Source: Eledone cirrhosa
Taxonomy: Eukaryota
Direction: 5' to 3'
Length of the DNA: 64,000 nucleotides
NCBI GenBank assembly: GCA_964016885.1
Contig: OZ024740.1
Location: 352,098,001-352,162,000, forward strand
A program made the position numbers and the translations under genes. Below, piece after piece: positions 1-12,400 of this stretch. The notes below the pieces were generated by a model. That model had not been told where the DNA came from. It saw only the letters and a list, made by a program, of their open reading frames with translations, and ran no database searches. Position 1 is the first letter of the stretch, and the number at the start of each line of letters is the position of its first letter.

Positions 1-735
1 TATCTAAAGAAAGGTACCCCTGCATGGCCTCAGGCTGGAACAGGTAAAAGAGTAACATATGAATTTAGTTACTGTTTTAATTTTTATAAATTTTGGTACC
101 TACAATGAAAGATTGCACTATCAGATAGCATTTCATGTTATTACATTCTGAAGTAAATACCACAAAAAAGCTCCTAAGATTGGAAATTTTAGAGCAAAAG
201 GCTAAACACCATACCACCTTAGTTTCAGATTTCTAGAATCTGTGATCAGTTCCCACCAGAGTTAGTTATATTGTTCATGTCCTACCTCATCATCATATTT
301 ACATCCATTTTACATGTTGGTGTGGGTTCAACATAAAAAATAAAAGATGTCTACTGTGCCTAGGTTTTCCAAGCACTCACTTATTCATGAATAGAGATTT
401 TAGAGCAAAAGATTAATACTGTATTATTTTAGTTTCACAACTAACTTCTGTGTTTGATTCCCACTAGAATCAATTTTGTTTTCCTCTCTCTCATCACCAA
501 TGTTTTACATCTGCTTTCCATGCTAGCATGGGTAGGATATTAAAAAATTAAACATATTTGCAGTACCTAGGTTTCTTAAACATTCATCCATCCAACATTG
601 AATTTTGAGAATGGTTCAAAGTTACAAATTGACATGGAAAGAGTATATAGTTGATCAAATCAAAGTCAGTGATGCTTGGAACTACTTATTTCTATGAATC
701 CCCAAAGTTAATTCCAACAGGATTTTGCTATAGAT

Positions 736-1135
736 TAGAGGTTCTCAAAGTGGGCACTACTGCACCCTCAGAGGGCCTTGAGAAGGTCCAGGGGGTGCTG
801 GGGTCTAAGGAAGAGGGGGGGGGGGTAGAAATGATACAATATTATATTAAATATCAAATAATACATGTTATATATAAATATAATTGTTTCTATTTTTGGC
901 ACAAGGCCAGCAATTACCCAGTACATTACTGGTACTTTTATTTTATATATAAATATAATAAAATAAAAAATATATATTTATTTATACATATATTATATTA
1001 TTTATTATATATAAATTGACGACTTTATTATATATTTTTACAATTTTCATATAGGCAGGTCTCTCGGGAAACGGTGGAGGTGCTGAGGGTATTGTGTGGC
1101 TATGGATGGGGGGGGGGGCAGTTTGAGAACCTCTG
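736..1135. mobile_element. Non-autonomous hAT (Charlie-like) DNA transposon/MITE containing a nested SINE 3' fragment (~880-947)
   Basis: TIRs tagaggttctcaaa / tttgagaacctctg; perfect 8-bp TSD ctatagat at 728-735 and 1136-1143. Confidence 0.9.
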
Positions 1136-1501
1136 CTATAGATGGTAGAAGAATTAAACTAAATACTGTTAGTGTAGTGCTCTACCCTCCCATTGATGCT
1201 ATTGATGCTATTCCACAACATTCAGTAACATTGATTTCTAATTGTGGTACACAAGGTCACAAGAGAGTGAGGAAGAGGTATGCTAGATTGAGTCAGCTCT
1301 AATGTATTATTTGATTTGATTTTATTGACCTCAAAGCAATAAAAAGCAAATTTAACTCTGGCAGGATTTGAATTTGGATGGTTGAGAGACAGAAGTAAAT
1401 ACTTTAAGCTCTAAGAATTATTTTACACTTTTAGTCACAAGTTGACTGCATCTCTACATGTCATAATAGGCAACTAAATGGGTTGATGCCAGGATGGGTT
1501 T

Positions 1502-2115
1502 CATCATCATCGATTAACATCCATCCTCCATGCTAGCATGGGTTAGACGGGTTTGTCCCATTTAGAGGCAATTTGGGTCGGGTGACCATGTCTCGTTCAC
1601 ATAGAACTGTTTCTGGCTGGTTTTCTTCAGCTGGATGCCCTTCCTACCGCCAGCCACATTTACAGTGTGGGCTGAATGCTTTTTGCCATGTCACCATCAC
1701 AACCACTTTACAGCATGGGCTGGGGGGAGCTTCACTGGATGCATTTACTTTGGCCTGTCCTCCTGGGGGGTGTATAAGAGGGTGCGTTGGGGCATACTGT
1801 ATATATGCTTCAGCTTGTGCTCGTGGGAAGTCAGGTCTTCTGTATTATTGCATATCACCAGAGATCCCGGTCATGTGTCATCACCTTTGAGAGGTGCAAT
1901 TGGGCATGGTCGGCTTTTATCACCACATCCTAAGTCTTCCTGGGTCTCCCAGATTCAAGGCTTCCATCGACTGAGTGCCCTGCACTTTTTTATGCAGCTG
2001 TCATCCTTCATACACATCACATATCAATACCAATGCAATCTCCTCTCCTGCACACAGCATTTGATTCCTCTTATGCCTAGTTTCTCTCTCAATTTTTTCA
2101 TGCTTCAGCGTTCTA
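1502..2115 (-). mobile_element. Degenerate RTE LINE 3' fragment (RT C-terminus, 3' UTR, (GAT)n tail)
   Basis: Reverse complement aligns by eye to ~32350-32966 (ataagaggaatcaaatgctgtgtgcaggagagg, ggaagggcatccagctg, ccatgctagcatgg, gatgatga). Confidence 0.85.
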
Positions 2116-2343
2116 GCTGTAAAACCTTGCCTCACAAAAGACCTTATGCTTCAATGCTTAAAATTCTTAATATTGAAAATAATCAAAATCGTGGAAAGAT
2201 TTAGTAAAATAAATTTCATTATTAAGTAGGTTTTGGGAACATATTAAAAACCTAGGGGGTTTTATTTTAATTTCAAACACTTTAAAATAAGATATGTTGA
2301 ATGATGAGTTTGGTATTTAAATACCAACATGTTATATATGTTA

Positions 2344-2681
2344 TCATTCATCATTTCATTTTACGTCCACTTTTCTCTGCTTGCAAGGGTGGGACGGGAA
2401 CTGATTCTGGCTTGATTTCTACAGCTGGATGCCCTTCCTAACACCAACCTCATTTACAGTGAGTGCTGGGTGCTTTTTTTGCCGTGGCACCTCCACGACC
2501 ACTTTGCAGTGGAATGCTAGGGACCCCAGTCCTATCATCTCATTTCTACAGCTGAGTAAACTGGAGCAATGTGAAATAAAGTGTCTTGCTCAAGGAAACA
2601 ACACATCACCCGGTCTGAGAATTGAACTCACAACTTTTCGATTGCAAGGCCAATGCTCTAACCACTAAGCCATGTGCCTCC
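2344..2681 (-). mobile_element. tRNA-derived SINE (family A) with CORE-like middle and RTE-derived 3' part
   Basis: Minus strand has A box tggcttagtgg, B box gagttcaattctc, then ccttgagcaagacact; 3' half matches the LINE 3' UTR; near-identical to 6971-7307. Confidence 0.9.
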
Positions 2682-2683
2682 AT

Positions 2684-2840
2684 TGTTATATGTACTGGAT
2701 TAAGGTATAAAAGGTTTTGATATCAAGATGTTAAATGCACTGGATTAAAGTTTTAAAGGTTTTGATAATATCAAAATGTTATATACTTTGGATCAGGATT
2801 TAAAGGATTTTGATATCAAGATTTTCATATACATTAGATT
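2684..2840. repeat. Diverged ~45-bp tandem repeat, ~3.5 copies
   Basis: Recurrent unit tgttatat..actggattaagg..taaaggttttgatatcaaga. Confidence 0.75.
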
Positions 2841-4644
2841 AGAGCCAGCTTTATGCTGATTAGACCAACTGCTTTCAATTGGGATTAAATACCAAAGTCA
2901 CTGCCTTATACATTGCTGCTGAAAACACTTTCATGACAATCTATGAAATGACTGTATAGTTATTTTCATATACACTGAATACATTTTCAGGTTCACTGAA
3001 TATAACCTCACCTCATCCAACCCCTCAGTTTAATGGAGTCATGGAAATAACGACAACATCAGAACTGAGGTCCAAGCTTAGTTGTTTGGCTGACTACCTG
3101 CATGCCATAGACCTGTTTAATCAAAGCTGACCTGAGGCTACACAACAATAACCTCCTCCGAATTCAATAAAGAAGATCCTATGCTGTTGTTTGACCTTCT
3201 AGAAATAGTAGTCTAACACCACACCCTACTGTCTTCAAATGAGAAGAGATTAGATAATCAAAACTATCTGATGTACACTTTTCCTGCAATTAAAAAAATA
3301 TGAGATGGTTACAACTGGAACACTTTTGACCATAGATTTACTTGATCAGGGCTGACTGGAGGCTCAACAACAATAACAGTATAATTAGGGATAAGAGTAT
3401 TCAACCACTGAGAACCAAGTTTTGACCACTGATATAACACAGTGCTTATGATAGAATATGAAGCATCAATCTTTCAATTTTCTCCTCTCACCAGATTGAC
3501 TCAACCAACTAAGCTGCTGCATTGGTTTGTTATTGTAATGTCTCAATTCAAACCTTACATTAATCTATTTCTAATGAAATAGGTTTCCAAAGTTTATTTA
3601 TTTAATTTTTAAAATATAAAAATTAGAGGGATTTGGTAAAGCAATTAACTTCTACATTATGAGTTACATTCCAAGCACCATTATCATGGTGTTTAAAACA
3701 TAACTTAAAAGGTTCTTAAATGAAATTATGATGGAAAGTTTTTATTTAAATCTTAATTTATATATGAACACATTAAATCAAGTTGTTTTGTCTCAGAACC
3801 AAAATCAATTTCAAGTAATTTCGGTATCAACACAAGTTAATGTTCATTAAAACTATAAAAGTTATAAATTATGAAGAAAACATAAAAATGAAGCTGACTC
3901 ATGTATTTCTACATCCTGATAGAATATAAATATTTTATTAAATACCTTTTAGATGGTAGATGTCAAAAACAAACAATATAAATAATTGTTTCTACTTTTG
4001 GCACAAGGCCAGCAATTACCTAGTGCATTACTAGTACTTTATTTTATCGACAATATAAATAATGACAATATAAATACACACTATTTAGTGTCATCATCGT
4101 CGGTTTTACATCTGTTTATTTATGCTGGCATGGGTTGAATGACATTTTTTGAGTCAGTATTCTATGGCTAGATATCAACCCTTATTCAATTTTTGTTTCC
4201 ATTTTTAAAGTAAAATGCTGATTTTCACACATCAAACTGCTTTGCAGCAGGACTTCAGTTTAAGTGAGGCATAAACAAATATCACTGCAAGCACTAGCAG
4301 TTTTAAAGGTGAAACAAAGATACACATACTCAGGCAAATATATACATATATCATCATCATCAATACCATTTAATGCCTATTTTGCCATGGCTTAGCAGGG
4401 TTGTTACATTATGATACAAGTCAGGTCAGGTGATCATGTCTTGCTCACACAGATCTGTACTGTAGTTTAGCTTGGTTTCTATGGCTAGATGGCCTTCCTA
4501 ATGCCAACCACATTACAGTATGGACTAGGTGCTTTTTTTCATATCACCAGCATGACCACCTTACAGGATGGACTGGGTGCTTTGCTGTTGTGGCCCCGGA
4601 TCACCATGCAGGGTGATATATATTTATATATTTATGTGTACACA

Positions 4645-4810
4645 GGTGTAGGCATGACTGTGTGATTAAGGAGTTCACTTCACAACCACATGATATTGGG
4701 TTCACTCCCACTGTGTGGTACCTTGAGAAAGTGTCTTTTGCTATAGCCTCAGGTTGACCAATGCCTTGTGAGTGAAATTTTGTAGATGGAAACTGCAGAA
4801 GCTCATTGTG
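4645..4810 (+). mobile_element. tRNA-derived SINE (family E), degenerate; further copies at ~6470-6615(-), ~12010-12158(+), ~35770-35925(-), ~37130-37250(-), ~61315-61410(-)
   Basis: ggcatgactgtgtgattaag..gggttcactccc..ccttgagaaagtgtctt..tatagcctcagg..gccttgtgagtg..gtagatggaaactg recurs across the window. Confidence 0.75.
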
Positions 4811-5519
4811 CATATCATAATTATCACCATCACCCATTTTATGTCTACTTTCTGTTTGTATGGGTCACATTTTGAAGCTAGACAAATCAGATGACTGTTT
4901 CGTTCTCATAAGTTCCATTCTGGCATAATTTCGTTGGGTGGATGTCCTTACTAACACCAACCACTTCACAGCAGTTACCAGTTACATTTTATCATGGCAC
5001 TACCACTTGACTGGCTAGACAGAGTAGTTACAGTGTGGGCTGAGTGCATTTTATTATGGCACCCACACTACCACTTTTCAAGGGAGAAATGGGTGTCCTT
5101 AAGGAGAGTGAGTGACATTTGGCAGTACATTGTGGAGTGCACTTAGCTTTCCATGCTAGCATGGTTGGACAATGACCTGGGAATTCAGAGATGTGAGTGA
5201 GGGAGAGTAAGTAAGTATGGGTGGTCTTGGAGAGAAAGAGAGAGTGTGGGTGAGTGAGTAGTGTCTGGCAGTACAATGCGGAGGTGCATTCGTTTTTCCA
5301 TGCTGGCAGGGGTTGGACAAAAAAGGAGAAATCAGGTATGTGAATATGGGGGGAAAACTATGGTGGTGTAGGGAAGAGATGAAGTATAAGTGAGGAAAGA
5401 GTAAGGTAGAAGAGGGGAAAACTAGATAGGAGAATAGGTAGTGAGGGAGGGGGAGGGAAAAGAAGCAGCCTATGTGTTGTTACATCTTTCTGCCTTTTAT
5501 GGCCATTATCACTATACTC

Positions 5520-6235
5520 ATTTCATCCCACTTACACGAGAATGCGAGTTTAATGTAGTATGGCAGATCACCAGTTGATTTGATCTTGTATCATCTCCAT
5601 GAGGTCCAAGTTTGTGAGGTCAGCTTTCACCATGTTATCCCATATTTTCCTAGGTTTTCCCCTGACTGAGTTCCCTGCATTTATACAGTTCTCATCCTTC
5701 ATATGCATCACATGGCCATACCAGCACACTCGTCTCTTGTACACTGCATCCAATCCCTCTTTTGCACAGTTTTCTCTCAGCTCATTACATATCGATCAGA
5801 GCATGCTTACTCCATTTCTTTCCAGTCTTTGCAAATCGTTTGCAAGGCCCAAGTCATGCTTCCATGCAGCATCACAGTTTGTACATACAAAATACAATCT
5901 TCCTTTCTTCCTGAGAGAAACTCTTTGTAGCCAGCTGAGGTAGTGACTCCTTCAACGTTTTCCAACAGGTTCCCATTCTGGCTATTGTACTTTAAAAATT
6001 CACCTTCACTACTAATAAGGTCACCCAAGTAGCAGAAGCTGTCAATTATTTCTAGAGCGCCATCTGAGAATTTGATACTTTTATGTACACTCTTGTTACT
6101 TACTATTCTTGTGCATCTGTCGCATTCAAAGTCTACATTCTTTATTAGCCTCCCTGAAATACTCTTGTGTACATTTTGTTGATAAATAGAATTTCTACCC
6201 ACTCCTTTTTTGCATACTGAGCGTGGCCATTTTCC
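5520..6235 (-). mobile_element. Older degenerate RTE LINE fragment (PHD insert plus RT C-terminus)
   Basis: Minus-strand peptides GRNSI..VHK..ISGRLIKNVDFECDRC..DSFCYLGD and WYGHVMHMKDE..RGKPRKIWD, homologous to ORF 30953-32665; frameshifted. Confidence 0.85.
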
Positions 6236-6254
6236 TTACTAGGACTTTAGTCAT

Positions 6255-6440
6255 GTGTGTGTTTATATTTCTGTCTGTGTTCATGCATCACATTAGTGGT
6301 TCAACAAAAAGAGATTGATAAAATAAGCGCCAGATATGAAAAAATATGTACAGGAGCCAGTATGATTAACTAAATCCCTTTAACACAGGGCCCTAGCATC
6401 ACTGCACTCTAATAACTGAAAGCAGTGAAAAAACGTGGAA
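6255..6440 (+). mobile_element. Degenerate SINE-like repeat (family F); related pieces at ~1-55, ~54262-54322(-), ~60625-60750(-)
   Basis: Shared 3' motif c(c)agcatggcc/atcac..tctaatgactgaaac..gtaaaaga in several copies. Confidence 0.55.
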
Positions 6441-6970
6441 AAAAGAATGTACATATATATGATGAATCTCCATACAAGAGCTGTCTAGTATTTCCACTCA
6501 CAAGACATTGGTTAGCACAAGATTATAGTAGAAGGCTCTTACTCAAGGTATCACACAGAAATATAACTCTAAAACCATCTGGTTGCAAAATGAACTTCTT
6601 AAGCACACAGCTGGGCTAAATGTAATTTTTAAGAAGTTTCTTTATATTTTGAATAAGATATATTTCCTTTTAATCTTGCTTAGCCAGAAGAAATTTTCAA
6701 GTTGAAAAGAAGTTGAAAATTTGTCAATAAGATTTATAAGCTCTTCAAAACAATTTTCCCTGAAGTCATATTCTTTACAACATCAATTGCTTGTATGGAT
6801 TTTATTGACTGGTCAGTTAATCTCTACTGATATATATATAAATACAATCAACCAAGAAAATACCAGAGAATTTTTTTTTTTTAACTTTGTTTCTCATTTC
6901 CTTGTCTTTACAACCTGGCAATAAATTTCACTATCATCATCAATAAGTGATATTTCAATAAATTGATATA

Positions 6971-7307
6971 TCATTTCATTTCATTTTACGTCCGCTTTTT
7001 CCCTGCTTGCAAGGGTGGGACGGGAACTGATTTTGGCTTGATTTCTACAGCTGGATGCCCTTCCTAACACCAACCTCATTTACAGTGAGTGCTGGGTGCT
7101 TTTTTGCCGTGGCACCTCCACGACCACTTTGCAGTGGAATGATATGGACCTCAGTCCCTATCATCTCATTTCTACAGCTGAGTAAACTGGAGCAATGTGA
7201 AATAAAGTGTCTTGCTCAAGGAAACAACACATCACCCGGTCTGAGAATTGAACTCACAACCTTTCGATTGCAAGGCCAATGCTCTAACCACTAAGCCATG
7301 TGCCTCC
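6971..7307 (-). mobile_element. tRNA-derived SINE (family A)
   Basis: Near-identical to 2344-2681, with a (GAAAT)n-like tail and TA-rich flanks. Confidence 0.9.
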
Positions 7308-9006
7308 ATATATATGTTATATTTTTGAGCAGAACACATTTTACATTACCCCAGTTTCCAAAGCTGTTAGAAATAGGTACCAGATCATCTGAGAATGCTA
7401 TGATGGTTTCTTTGCATAGTAATTCAAACTGCTAAAATAGAAACCAAATATCTTTCAAATTACCCCCTGTCATCTTAAAAAGGGAAAGAATACATTAGAT
7501 GATGTTAGTCCTAGATGTTTCCTGAAAAACAGTATGGTTATGACTAGAATGTTTTCCATCATAGATCTGACACATCAGAGTTGACATGGGTCTAAATAAC
7601 AGCTTGTGATAGATTAGCATCCTATCTAGAAAGAGGGTTTTTTTTTTTATTCATATTACAAAAGCTTTGTAATGAACCAAATATAATATATGTCAGGGGC
7701 AAATGAGCTGAGAAAAAAGCTGGATATAGGAAGAATCAGATGTAGTGTACAAGAGAGAAGAGTGTGTATGACAATTGTCAGTTGTATAAAGTGCTGAGCA
7801 ATACTCCATGTTAGAGAAATTATAAACAAATGAATTGTTGTTGTGTAGCACCATCAAGGCTCCAGATTGATTGCATCTCAGCCACAATGTGTGTCTAAAG
7901 TATGGTTGTTCACTCAATCATGGAATTTTCATTAATTCATCAACTGAAGAGCTAAATGATCTGACAGTAGATTTTTAGCCATAGGTCAGAACTAATCAAA
8001 GACATGCCAGTCAGGATCATACTGTCTGTTTACAGAGAATATAAAACTGCAGTGACTAATGTGTCTTTGTTTAAGACAGCAGGATATAATATAAGGAAGA
8101 TTTGGCTACTATTGAGTAGTTCAAGTATTCATGTAGGAGCTATGTCAGCTAGATGACAAAGTGTGAAAGGTGGAATATAATACACACACACACACACACA
8201 CACTATCTAATTGATTGAGGAAGGTGGCTGGTGTTGGTGCCTAATCAGAGAGGATGGTGAAAGAGATTTGAATGTCACAATACTAGTGATTATCTTTCAA
8301 GAATATATATCTTCACAAAACTCTATCAGAATCAATGTTTTATTTTCATTATATTCTCTTCTGTAAGTTGAGTAAGATTAAACAAAGAAGAATTGCATTA
8401 TATTTGCCAATACATATAAGATAAAAATTTGTTTATTCCCAAAATATATCTCAAAATTCTATTGTGTCTTTTAATACATGGAGTTATTTACTTCAATAAA
8501 TGTAATTGAAAAACACATTTTTCATCCCCATCCCCAAATACTCTTGTAAAGCTGGAACTTCATATATTCAATGTGCCTTAAGCTCTCTGATTTGTTTTAT
8601 ATAAGCTGGCAACAACGGTATATCAAATATCTTCATATCTTTGATAGAGAATAGTCTGAAGAAATACCAATGGAATCAGAATACATAGTAGTAATTTATG
8701 AGAGTATTGATAAGTGAAACTTACTATAATGAAGCTAGTGTATGTGTAAGAAAACTAATCTGGATGCTCTTAGTACTATTATTGTTGCTGTTATTTCATA
8801 TCAAGTATGTGAGATGAATATTGACACAAAATGGCTCACTATTTATGCTAATCTTCAAATATCAATCATATGCCAGTTTTTGGAGGTGTATTATTGTTCA
8901 ATAACTTCATTATGATTCCTCTTAGAATCCTTTAAGTTGCCTTATGTCACAAACATTTACAAGAAAGGCATGAACATAGCAGAATTTCACTTCTCTTTCC
9001 TAATAA

Positions 9007-9435
9007 CTATTTCTAACATTATCACAAGACCAGCAATTTAGAGGAAGATGGAAGTCAATTATATCAACCTCAGTATTTAATTGGTACTTTATTTTATTGA
9101 CCTCAGAAGGATGAAAGTCTAAGTTGACCTTGGCAGAATTTGAACTCAGAACATAGAAAGTTATAACTAAATACTGCAAAGGATTTTGTCCAAAACTCCC
9201 AATTCTGCCAATCCGCCACCTTTTCTCTTCCTAATAATAATTTCTAATTTAAGTACAAGGTCAGTATTTGGGATGGTGGGAGATTATATCAATCCCAGTA
9301 TTTGATTGGTATTTTATCAACTCTGGAAGGATGAAATCCAAAATTGATCATGAGCATATTTGAACTGATTACTGCAATGAGCCAGAACTAATGCTACAAT
9401 ACGTTCTATCTGATCAGACTCAATTCATTGCCCTT
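9007..9435 (-). mobile_element. Two tandem degenerate family-B SINEs
   Basis: tttctaa..cacaag..ggtactttattttattgacc..aaggatgaaa..atttgaactcaga occurs twice. Confidence 0.7.
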
Positions 9436-12400
9436 CCCCTTCCCAGTAATTTCTAACTCAATTGGGATAACTGACGATATTTCATTCCTCTTACAATATA
9501 CATACCTCAACACTAAGAATTACTAATGACAACTTTGACACAGTTGTAAAGACAAACTTGTCAATGTAGACATAAACAGAGAACAAATATAATCAAATAT
9601 ATAAAAATTTAAAAAAATCCTAAACAAATCTATTTCAAATAACAACACTAGAGATATTTAAAAATGGAAAAGGAAGGAAAAGGCAAGGGTTCTAGGGACA
9701 CGGGAGAATGAGAAGGGGAAGGGCTCTGGGCCTAGGGCGCGGCGGTGTTGGGGCTGTGCCCGGCAGACAAGACCGCAAAAGTGTTTATTGTAGAATATTT
9801 TGCATTTCTTTGAGATAGTGGAAGTGGAGGGTGGTTATATTTCAAAGTATTCTTGCAGTGAGTAAAAACAGAACCTCTGGTCACTAGTTTTGTCATTTAT
9901 TTTCCAGTCTTTGACATTGTTGTTAAGTACGATAAAGTTGACAGTTTCATATTATTCTTTGTGTCATAATCATCATTCTTATGAACATTTTCTTCTTCAA
10001 ATACACCTGTCTTTTGCTAGCTCTTTAGCATCATTATTATGATTCTCTAAGTTGAGAGCTTAACTTGGTTTAAAACCCAGATTGAAGCAATTTCACTCTA
10101 CTAATATTTCTTGTAGTTTTGAATTGAAAATGAATTGAGAATTTTTTGTTGCTTGTATATATATTTGTAATCTCCTAAATTTCAAGCTTCTTGGTTTTTT
10201 TTTAACTTAATTAATCAACTTTTTTTTTCCTATTTATTTTGCTCCAAATCAATATATCTAAAGATAAGCGTGCATAGCTAACCCAACCAACAACCCTACC
10301 CACAAGGCTGGAGTTATCTCCTCGTATTGCAAAAAACTTGGAAGACATCATACATCAGTAGTGGAGATATGATTATAAATTAGTAGTTTGGTATTTTATC
10401 TGAACGTAGTAATATTCTAAGTACATGCATATTTTAGCTCACTCAGCAGATAATGATCTATGATGCTTGATGTTGTATCCAAGCAGCTCAATTATATATT
10501 TTGTGAGTTACATACATCATTCCATTAATTTCATATTATATATAAATGGTTCGATATTATAACTTGTAGGTTTTATCTATAAATATTCATTTAGCTAGCA
10601 AAAAAAATATTGGCAGAAATCAGACTGGCAAAATATGTGGAGTACTGGATAAAATGCCTTAAATTATTTAGTTGTATCATTTTATGTTTTATATTCAAAT
10701 CCTGTTGAAGTTGACTTTACTTTCATTCTTCTGGAGTCAATAAATATGTACCCACAATGTACTGGGGTCGATATAATCAACCCCTCCCCCACCATCACCA
10801 AAATAAAACAAAGGAGGTCCTGTGCTTAAGTTAGAAATCAATATATCAGAGCTTTATCTACATCCAGGATATTTTAGTTGGATATTTTAATTCAATACTA
10901 TGACGCAACACGGAAGGAAACTGAGAAAAGACTAGCGGCAACTAAAGTGAAGGAATGCTACAGACTATAGACACATCCAATCCATGCTAGTATGGATTAA
11001 ACAGATACCAAACATCATATTATTGTAGCTAGATATTGTATAACTAAGCAGCTTGGTATTGTATCCAAGTAACTCAATTATATAACTTGGTAGTTGGATA
11101 TTTCATCTTACAGGCTGAATAACAAATTGAATATCTAAGGGATTGATTTTTATGTATCCATGCGGGTGGATATTATCACAAAGTTATTTAATATTTAATA
11201 TCTTTAGCTTGTTACTTTATGCAAATATCTAAATATTACCAATTAGTACTGTTTGATGTTGTTTAGTCTCAGGCCAGCCTTGATTGAGCAGGCGTAAGGT
11301 TCGACAGCCATGAGAATCACAATATTTTGTATATTTTCATGTTCATTCTTTACAACAGTAGGATGTGATTTGAGAGAGATTTGGCTGTTATTTTTAACAG
11401 ATTGAATGAAAGCTTAGCAGCTGGTTCATTTGATATAGTTATTGCATGAATGAATATCTTAGTAGTTGGAGGATATAATATATCACAGGTTGGATAGTAA
11501 TATCTTAAAGTTAATAAGGAGTTTCATACTGTACTTTAAGTTGAATTCTACATCAAAGTCTTAGCTGTTAGACAAATGTTAGAACCACTAGAAAGAGCAG
11601 CCAAATCTCCCTTAAATCATATCCTATTATATTAAAAAAGAAAAAATACATCCGATAGTGAATGAATGCATGTGTGCGCATGTGCATATATATATGAAAG
11701 TGTATGTCTATGCTTGTGGTTATCTTTGCTTGTATGTGAGTAGATGATTACTATTTGTCTCCAAGTAAGGGGTTTAACCTCTCCAGTGTCATAGATGAGA
11801 TAACTCATCCTAACATGTATGCATTCCAGTGTCATGGACGAGTTAACTGGTCCTAACATGTTTGAACTCCTTTCCAGCATTTCATATCTTCAAAGTTATG
11901 AACTCATTCTCAAAAGTTCATAACTTCAAAGCTAGATGGGGTTATTAGTTTATTGATGTGACGTTTGTCAATCAAAATAGTCATTTTACTGAGAAAAAAA
12001 AACCTAGCACAGCAACTGTAGCTGTGTAAAATATATGCAGCAGTCAACAGGTTAATCCCACAATGTGGTACTCTGTGTATCTTTTACTATAGCTTCAGGT
12101 CAATGAAAGCGTTGTGAGTGAAATTGGGTATATACATAGAAACTTTGTGAAAACCCATCAGAGGATCCACTCCTGATCTTTGGTAATGTAGACTTTATTC
12201 ATTGCCTGGCTTAATGCTATAACTTGGAAGGCTTTAACAGAATGCACTCTGCTACAAGACTTCAATGTAAGGATAACATTTTCCCTTCCCTCAGCCAGTC
12301 TGCAGGCTCTGAAAAGAGTCATGAGTACTGCACTTCCTCTTCTGATTAAGCCATTAACAAAAATATATAGTAGTGTATTTTCTGAATGCACATTTGTTTG

